From Kiritimatiellia bacterium (lineage in GTDB: Bacteria > Verrucomicrobiota > Kiritimatiellia > RFP12 > UBA3636): 41,001 bases of DNA. The notes under the pieces were generated by a model that saw nothing but the letters and a program-made list of their open reading frames with translations, was not told the DNA's origin and ran no database searches. Every line of letters starts with the position of its first letter. Within the stretch, counting starts at the first letter, position 1. The stretch is taken from positions 1 to 41,001 of the forward strand of contig JAFPBK010000027.1 in assembly GCA_017424105.1 (NCBI GenBank), written 5' to 3'. Of the stretch, positions 36,282 to 41,001 are shown in pieces. Both the position numbers and the translations under genes were made by a program.

Positions 36282-38101
36282 TTTGCACCTCCATTCAAAT
36301 AAATGTTGAGCCGCTTATGCAGTTCTTTCTTATAGCACATCATGTCGCTTGTATGCCAACGAACGGCATCCATGGCGGATGCAGTGCCCCCCGAAAAGTA
36401 TTTGAGAAAGACATTTTTCGTCCCTAGAGGAACGAAAAGTCCATTACGGTCCCGTTCGATTACGCAGTCTCTTTTGTACGGAAATGGCGCATTGCCATAT
36501 CCGCGATTCGTACCGCTGTCAAGAAGGACGAGATTGCCAAGCGAATCTTTGTCGGACGCATCTTGGTCGAAACCAGTTCCACGCGAATAGTATTCGGAAA
36601 CCTTTCCATATAAATCGAGGAAAGCATCCCCGGAATCCCTCCGATCGCGTGTCATGGCTTCAATCAGTGACTGAGATTCCAAAAAGAGTTCTTTAGCGTC
36701 TTTCGATGATTCCGCTGATAGCGATTGTGCAACGCATTCAAGCCATTTTATCTTATCATCGATATCCTGCATTGTATTTGTCGTCTGAGAATCAACATGT
36801 TCGATATCCCAATTCTCCTCCCTGTAAGCTGCGAAGTCGAAGCGAAGCCCAGAAGTGCGATAAAGATCTACATTGAACAGGAGAAGTATTTTGCGGACGC
36901 TGTTGGAATCTTCGTATGTGACCGTTTCTATATCTGCCACATGTTTCAAGACGCCTGATATCAGACCTCGCAAAACACAATAGGTTTGTTCCTCGTCCCA
37001 ATCATCGGCATCCTTTTTGGCTTTTTCAATCGCCGAGTGAATATCCGATGGACTTTTACCATTTGCAACAAGGTATCCGACATAGTTATATATGTTAGTG
37101 TCTTCATACCAGTGGACAAGCATATCAAAAATACCCTTGACGCGATTCCACAATTCCAGAAACGCTCCCCCACCGTCAGCTTCGTCAAAGCATTGCTGAA
37201 ACCATCTGTAAGATCCATCGGTACCAGGTTTCTCGCCTGACACAAAATCAAAGAGAAGGTCCATCCGAGTTAGGGGATCTGCGGACTTGTCGCTTATGAA
37301 ACACCAAAATCCGTCATCAGAGAATCGACACTCCATAGCATCCCAAATCATAGAAATCTTCAAACTCTCGGACTCCCAACGTTCTTCAGTCTTCTTGCAG
37401 GCAAGTATAAATAGAGCCTTGATAAGTTCAGACGAAGTAAGTCCTATTTTTCCCTTATTCAGGCGGTTAAAAACTTTTATCGCCTCAACTCTTTCATCCG
37501 ATTCAGCAACAACGGTTTTATCAAAGGGAGGAACTACATACCATATAAACTGCACTTTCCGATCGCTGTCACTATCAAACAAGGCACATTCAAACTGCCC
37601 AAATGCCTTCGGATATTTTTCTGAAACAACCTCCATCCACTCCCTGATCAAATTGTTGGCTTTATGAAGATGATAGCTGTCTATGTCATTTTGAGGATCA
37701 AGGCGGTCAAGATCAAGATTCTTGCGTGCTGCATATTTTATCACATAAAGCCTATTCATGACCCTTTCCGCCTTCTTTGGCGATAGATATGGAATGAGAT
37801 TTTTCAATACAAGCAGCATTGTCGTCAATCGCTGCTGCCCATCCAACACTTCCCATTCTCCATTTTCCAAATTTCGAACCACAACAGGCTGTAAAAAATA
37901 TGACACGGCTGCCGTGGCACGGACAAAGGACAACATGTCATCAAGAAGGTCCTTTACTTGTTTGTCACCCCACCGATAGCCACGCTGAAATGATGGTATC
38001 AGAAAACGATGGTTTCCGTCCAAGAATTCCGCAACAGCCTTCGGTCTTAATGTATCAACCTGGCGCCCCCCCGCCATTTCAACTGTTCTTTCTTCTGTCA
38101 T
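36278..38101 (-). CDS. GmrSD-family type IV restriction endonuclease-like protein (DUF262 + DUF1524)
   Basis: The N-terminus has LIPSFQRGYRWGDKQV and LDGQQRLTTMLLVL. The C-terminus has WDIEHVDSQT and LGNLVLLDSGTNRGYGN, a His-Me finger of DUF1524 type. ATG 38101 behind AGGAG is preferred over the track's TTG at 38107. Confidence 0.85.
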   Translation of the reverse strand: MTEERTVEMAGGRQVDTLRPKAVAEFLDGNHRFLIPSFQRGYRWGDKQVKDLLDDMLSFVRATAAVSYFLQPVVVRNLENGEWEVLDGQQRLTTMLLVLKNLIPYLSPKKAERVMNRLYVIKYAARKNLDLDRLDPQNDIDSYHLHKANNLIREWMEVVSEKYPKAFGQFECALFDSDSDRKVQFIWYVVPPFDKTVVAESDERVEAIKVFNRLNKGKIGLTSSELIKALFILACKKTEERWESESLKISMIWDAMECRFSDDGFWCFISDKSADPLTRMDLLFDFVSGEKPGTDGSYRWFQQCFDEADGGGAFLELWNRVKGIFDMLVHWYEDTNIYNYVGYLVANGKSPSDIHSAIEKAKKDADDWDEEQTYCVLRGLISGVLKHVADIETVTYEDSNSVRKILLLFNVDLYRTSGLRFDFAAYREENWDIEHVDSQTTNTMQDIDDKIKWLECVAQSLSAESSKDAKELFLESQSLIEAMTRDRRDSGDAFLDLYGKVSEYYSRGTGFDQDASDKDSLGNLVLLDSGTNRGYGNAPFPYKRDCVIERDRNGLFVPLGTKNVFLKYFSGGTASAMDAVRWHTSDMMCYKKELHKRLNIYLNGGAK

Positions 38102-38132
38102 TTCCAAAATCTCCTTTTTTTATTCTCTACAA

Positions 38133-38249
38133 GAGAAAATCACAACACCCCCATCGCCCTCAATCGTTGCTCAAACATATAATCATTAAAATCCATATCA
38201 TACGAATATGTGCAACCTATACGAACTATCCATATTCTTTCATTTCTTT
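38133..38249. repeat. Direct repeat DR2, right boundary of the DUF262 islet
   Basis: It is the partner of 33449-33562 and ends 26-32 nt upstream of the GmrSD-like start. Confidence 0.85.
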
Positions 38250-38367
38250 ATAATGCGATTATATCAAAAATCCACATTATTATCAACAGATAATCGTAGC
38301 TCCAATCCCCATGGAGCGTTTTTTGCCATCGCCGGTCAGAATCCAATTCGCACAGAGGTGCTCTTTT

Positions 38368-38643
38368 TCAACGAAGTCTCCTTTTCGAGTCCACCTCCAT
38401 TCTGAAGAAGGCGAAGTCCATCTCCTTTGACGAATGATGCGGACTTGTCATGCATTCGCGCATCCGCGCGGCAAGGCCGGGATACCGCATTTGAACTTCG
38501 TGGTAGATGCGCTCTATCGTCGAGCCAACACGTTCGCACTGCCCCGCCTCGTCGATTCCAATGCGCAGCATCTCGTTCCTGAAAAGTCGCAGCTCCTGTT
38601 TGAAAAGCCAACCATCACTCATGTTGTTCTTGAATCTTTGCAT
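38368..38643 (-). CDS. Hypothetical 91-aa ORF, possibly a gene remnant
   Basis: The first ~60 aa look protein-like (LFKQELRLFRNEMLRIGIDEAGQCERVGSTIERIYHEV). The region is G+C-richer. No family was recognised. Two other frames are also open here. Confidence 0.25.
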   Translation of the reverse strand: MQRFKNNMSDGWLFKQELRLFRNEMLRIGIDEAGQCERVGSTIERIYHEVQMRYPGLAARMRECMTSPHHSSKEMDFAFFRMEVDSKRRLR

Positions 38644-38694
38644 CTGGGTTTTCTCCTATTTCTGTTCCACATGCCTATCTATCAGCAACATCCG

Positions 38695-38735
38695 TGCCAA
38701 AACAAAAACAGGCTGAAAACAAAGGTTTTCAGCCT
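38695..38735 (-). terminator. Intrinsic terminator (paralogue of 33598-33638)
   Basis: On the minus strand, AGGCTGAAAAC-cttt-GTTTTCAGCCT is followed by GTTTTTGTTTTGG. Confidence 0.6.
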
Positions 38736-38984
38736 ACGCGCCGTTCAATTTTTTACCACATGTTCAATTTTATACCACAAAGACAAGATATCTCCGTTTT
38801 AGAAGTGTTAAATTAGAAGAGCAAGCAAAAAGTTACCTTAAGATTATAGGATTTTACAATTATTGTTGAGTATTTGCGTTCTCTCGGTAATTATTTGGTA
38901 GCTACACTGCTTATACCTGAAATAAGCCTAGACCAAGCAGACATAAATCGCTTTACAAACTTTCTCTCTAAGCTTAATTTTTCA

Positions 38985-39108
38985 AAATGTACACACGCTG
39001 GTCCATTCTCACTCTTACATGGATTATTGCTGTTGTGTAGGAGCACACAAAAACAACAATCGTAAAACTATTTTGCCCGCAGCTTAAGCATGCGGGCAAA
39101 AAAAATGG
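38985..39108. repeat. Direct repeat DR'1 (~124 bp), distal boundary of the Fic islet
   Basis: About 98% identical to 40596-40720, with two substitutions and one A-run length difference. Confidence 0.9.
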
Positions 39109-39156
39109 CAGATAACCCCTGTTCCTATACAATGCACCACTTTTGAGGGGCATGGT

Positions 39157-39201
39157 GCACCCATTCCCTTAATAGCCCTATGCTTTTAAGGGAATGGGTG
39201 C
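39157..39201. other. Perfect 16-bp-stem hairpin just downstream of fic
   Basis: GCACCCATTCCCTTAA-N13-TTAAGGGAATGGGTGC. It contains the same AAGGGAA/TTCCCTT motif found upstream of fic. No U-run follows it. Confidence 0.6.
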
Positions 39202-39218
39202 AATTTTAAGGGGATTTA

Positions 39219-40265
39219 TCACTTGAGCCTGAAATAGGTGGTATTTTTGCCGTTGCCCTCACGCGCAAGATCCCCCTCGGCAACGAGCTTACGAAGTGCG
39301 CCCTCTACCGAGCTGATACTGAGGGACGGACAAAGCTCCATGACGTCCTGCTTCTTGAAGCGACCGACCTTATTCATCGTGGCGCGTCTCACCATTTCAA
39401 GAGAGGAAAGCTTGGTTTCCACAAGTGCAAAGCGGTCTTCAAAATCACGGTACGCGGAAAGGATCGTACCGAGCAGATATTTGATGAACGGTACGGTATC
39501 CGCTTCTCCCTCGTGCCAGCCTTGCTGCGACTGCCCTAGGGCATCGTAATACAGATCTTTGTTCTTTGCTATCTTGGCTTCCAAGGAGATATACTTCCCA
39601 ACGTAGAATCCGTTTCGGTAAAGGAGGAGCGTGGTGAGCAGACGGCTCATTCTGCCGTTGCCATCATTGAACGGATGGATGCAAAGAAAATCGTGTATAA
39701 AGGTAGGAATGGCAATGAGAGGCTCAAGCTCCATATTGCCGATCACACGGTTATATTCGTTACAAATGGCTTCAAGTGCCTCTGGTGTCTCAAAGGGGTC
39801 GAGAGGTGTAAACAGCGTTTCAGTATGTCCGTCGGGATAGGTTGCGCTGATATAATTCTGTACGCTCTTAGTTCTGCCTGCCACGGGATTGTTCATATGG
39901 CTGTAGAGGATCTTGTGAAGATGAAGGATATAGTTCGGTGTCAAGGGGATGGCATCAAAGCTTTCGTGAATGATATTCAAAACGTCTCGGTACCCGGCAA
40001 TCTCCTGCTCTTCGCGGTTTCTCGGTGTGGACTTCTCACCCATCAGCTGACGAATACGGGTGCTCGTGGTCACGATGCCCTCAATGGCGTTGGACGCTTC
40101 GGTGCTTTGTACCTTTGCAATCTCAACAAGCTTTTCAAGCTCCTCAGGGCGTTGCTTCAAATATAATTCTTGTTTTCCGGCTTCCTTGTAAATTGCGGCA
40201 ATCAAGCCGAGCAACTCGGAATCCCATTTGTTTTCACTGATTTTCGTATAATTAAAGGTTCTCAT
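39219..40265 (-). CDS. fic: Fic family protein (class II, N-terminal inhibitory motif, C-terminal wHTH-like region)
   Basis: The Fic motif is HPFNDGNGRMSRLL. The Fic_N-type inhibitory motif is SNAIEG (S-x-x-x-E-G). The start was set to ATG 40265, 5 nt after GGAGGTG. Confidence 0.9.
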   Translation of the reverse strand: MRTFNYTKISENKWDSELLGLIAAIYKEAGKQELYLKQRPEELEKLVEIAKVQSTEASNAIEGIVTTSTRIRQLMGEKSTPRNREEQEIAGYRDVLNIIHESFDAIPLTPNYILHLHKILYSHMNNPVAGRTKSVQNYISATYPDGHTETLFTPLDPFETPEALEAICNEYNRVIGNMELEPLIAIPTFIHDFLCIHPFNDGNGRMSRLLTTLLLYRNGFYVGKYISLEAKIAKNKDLYYDALGQSQQGWHEGEADTVPFIKYLLGTILSAYRDFEDRFALVETKLSSLEMVRRATMNKVGRFKKQDVMELCPSLSISSVEGALRKLVAEGDLAREGNGKNTTYFRLK

Positions 40266-40283
40266 TTTATCACCTCCAAACAA

Positions 40284-40376
40284 TTCCCTTAAATTATAGC
40301 ACAAATCAAGGGGATTGTCAACATCTCAAGGGAACATTCCCTTATTATTTTACTCAAATTAAGGGAATTTATTCAT
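40284..40376. promoter_or_regulatory. Cluster of AAGGGRA/TYCCCTT half-sites upstream of fic, including a palindrome
   Basis: TTCCCTT at 40284, AAGGGGA at 40308, the palindrome AAGGGAA-CA-TTCCCTT at 40328-40343, and AAGGGAA at 40370. Confidence 0.4.
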
Positions 40377-40595
40377 TTTTGAGGAAATAATACGATAGTA
40401 TCATATTTTAGCGTTAAGAGGAATTCTCTACAAAGGACAATGGGGACAGAACAGACAAACGGCAAGGCTGCCCCTGACGTCTGTGGTATAAGGTTGTTTA
40501 TTGCCGTTCCAATTCGGTGAAGACCTCAATGGCAATCCGCATCCCAAGCCGACATCGGTCGCTTCATAAGCCTGCTCTCAAGAATAGATTTTACC

Positions 40596-40720
40596 AAATG
40601 TACACATGCTGGTCCATTCTCACTCTTACATGGATTATTGCTGTTGTGTAAGAGCACACAAAAACAACAATCGTAAAACTATTTTGCCCGCAGCTTAAGC
40701 ATGCGGGCAAAAAAAAATGG
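40596..40720. repeat. Direct repeat DR'2, abutting the tRNA-Pro 3' end
   Basis: It is the partner of 38985-39108. Its last 3 nt are the complement of the tRNA's CCA. Confidence 0.9.
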
Positions 40721-40794
40721 TCGGAGAGGCGGGATTCGAACCCACGACAGCCAGTTCCCAAAACTGGTGCGCTACCAGACTGCGCTACTCTCCG
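40718..40794 (-). tRNA. tRNA-Pro (anticodon TGG)
   Basis: Manual cloverleaf: CGGAGAG/CTCTCCG acceptor stem, GCGC/GCGC D stem, CCAGT-TTTGGGA-ACTGG anticodon arm, GTGGG-TTCGAAT-CCCGC T arm, discriminator A and an encoded CCA. Length is 77 nt. Confidence 0.9.
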
Positions 40795-40819
40795 ACTTGT
40801 TTCGTAAAATATGCGCATA

Positions 40820-40848
40820 ATGATACAGTATTCTGAACCAAAATGCAA
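40820..40848 (-). promoter_or_regulatory. Candidate sigma70 promoter of tRNA-Pro
   Basis: On the minus strand: TTGCAT (40848-40843), 17 nt, TATCAT (40825-40820), about 25 nt upstream of the mature 5' end. Confidence 0.45.
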
Positions 40849-41001
40849 GCACTTTTTTAATTTTTTTTAATTTAATTTTTTCTTGTGATTTGCGAAAGTA
40901 AATGCACCAGTTTTGGTGCATTTAGTCGCACGACAGGGATATGAGAGACCAAAATTTCTATAAATTATGGTTTTTATAAAAAAACACAAAGTTTTCATAG
41001 A

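Larger units (their letters stand above)
33449..38249. mobile_element. Direct-repeat-bounded genomic islet carrying two DUF262 genes (no integrase seen)
   Basis: It has flanking ~115-bp direct repeats. Spot counts give G+C of ~45-55% against ~37-40% in host lines. Its genes have strong GGAG/GGAGGTG ribosome-binding sites, unlike most host genes. Confidence 0.5.
38985..40720. mobile_element. tRNA-Pro-adjacent islet carrying a Fic gene, bounded by ~124-bp direct repeats (no integrase seen)
   Basis: The proximal repeat ends exactly at the CCA end of tRNA-Pro. The Fic gene is G+C-richer than the host and has a GGAGGTG ribosome-binding site. Confidence 0.5.

Noticed and set aside
34362-37979. Many 60-170-aa ORFs lie antisense to or out of frame with the two DUF262 genes, for example 34540..35055, 34671..35084 and 37287..37667.
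   Set aside because: They lie entirely inside long ORFs that carry clear domain signatures on the other strand or frame. Such shadow ORFs are expected in G+C-richer DNA.
33449-40720. I looked for an integrase, transposase or recombinase to explain the islets.
   Set aside because: No ORF of 60 aa or more in this interval shows tyrosine or serine recombinase or DDE motifs. Only DUF262, Fic and doubtful short ORFs are present.
40591-40848. An 85-aa ORF lies on the minus strand.
   Set aside because: It runs straight through tRNA-Pro and the direct repeat, and its sequence is explained by those features.
40904-40927. The 10-bp-stem palindrome AAATGCACCA-gttt-TGGTGCATTT upstream of the tRNA promoter might have been a terminator.
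   Set aside because: No U-run follows it on either strand, and the upstream gene lies outside the window, so its function cannot be assigned.

Overview
This is a 41-kb window from a bacterium of roughly 40% G+C. That figure comes from spot counts of a few 60-nt lines, not a full calculation. Most host genes have weak or no Shine-Dalgarno sequences. The phylum cannot be determined from the sequence alone. Almost every gene from 1.3 kb to 40.8 kb lies on the minus strand. The window has four parts.

(1) 1-4.3 kb holds three paralogous two-gene modules. Each encodes a ~270-aa protein built from two ~123-aa repeats, followed by a ~185-aa protein with a signal peptide and a PEP-CTERM tail. The two repeat-protein genes whose 5' ends are visible have no canonical start or signal peptide. 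Each begins inside a conserved hairpin plus T7 tract.

(2) 5-33 kb is housekeeping and metabolism. It contains a GT2 glycosyltransferase and an iorB / PaaK-like ligase / aminotransferase / iorA arylacetate-arylpyruvate cluster. It also contains an M23 peptidase, htpG, a YugP-type Zn peptidase, a DinG-like helicase, an O-antigen-ligase-family protein and a CPBP protease. The remaining genes are an MFS transporter, a 2Fe-2S/FNR-type reductase, a GH36-like alpha-galactosidase, lepB, an AI-2E transporter, rplU-rpmA, tkt, der and gltX.

(3) The long intergenic spacers are filled with a modular, G+C-richer mosaic repeat family with at least four copies. Its components include 20-nt-period mini-hairpin arrays, ~33-nt hairpin arrays, AGTGAAT-type short repeats and a ~200-bp core.

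(4) 33.4-40.8 kb, between gltX and tRNA-Pro(TGG), is an accessory region made of two islets, each bounded by direct repeats and neither carrying an integrase. One holds a translationally coupled pair of DUF262 proteins: a fused GmrSD-like DUF262+DUF1524 enzyme and a 779-aa DUF262 partner with an unassigned C-terminal region. The other holds a class II Fic protein.

The DUF262 pair is the best candidate for a defence system variant. The startless PEP-CTERM-linked modules and the hairpin-array repeats are the most unusual non-defence signals. No rRNA genes, CRISPR arrays, transposases or integrases were seen.
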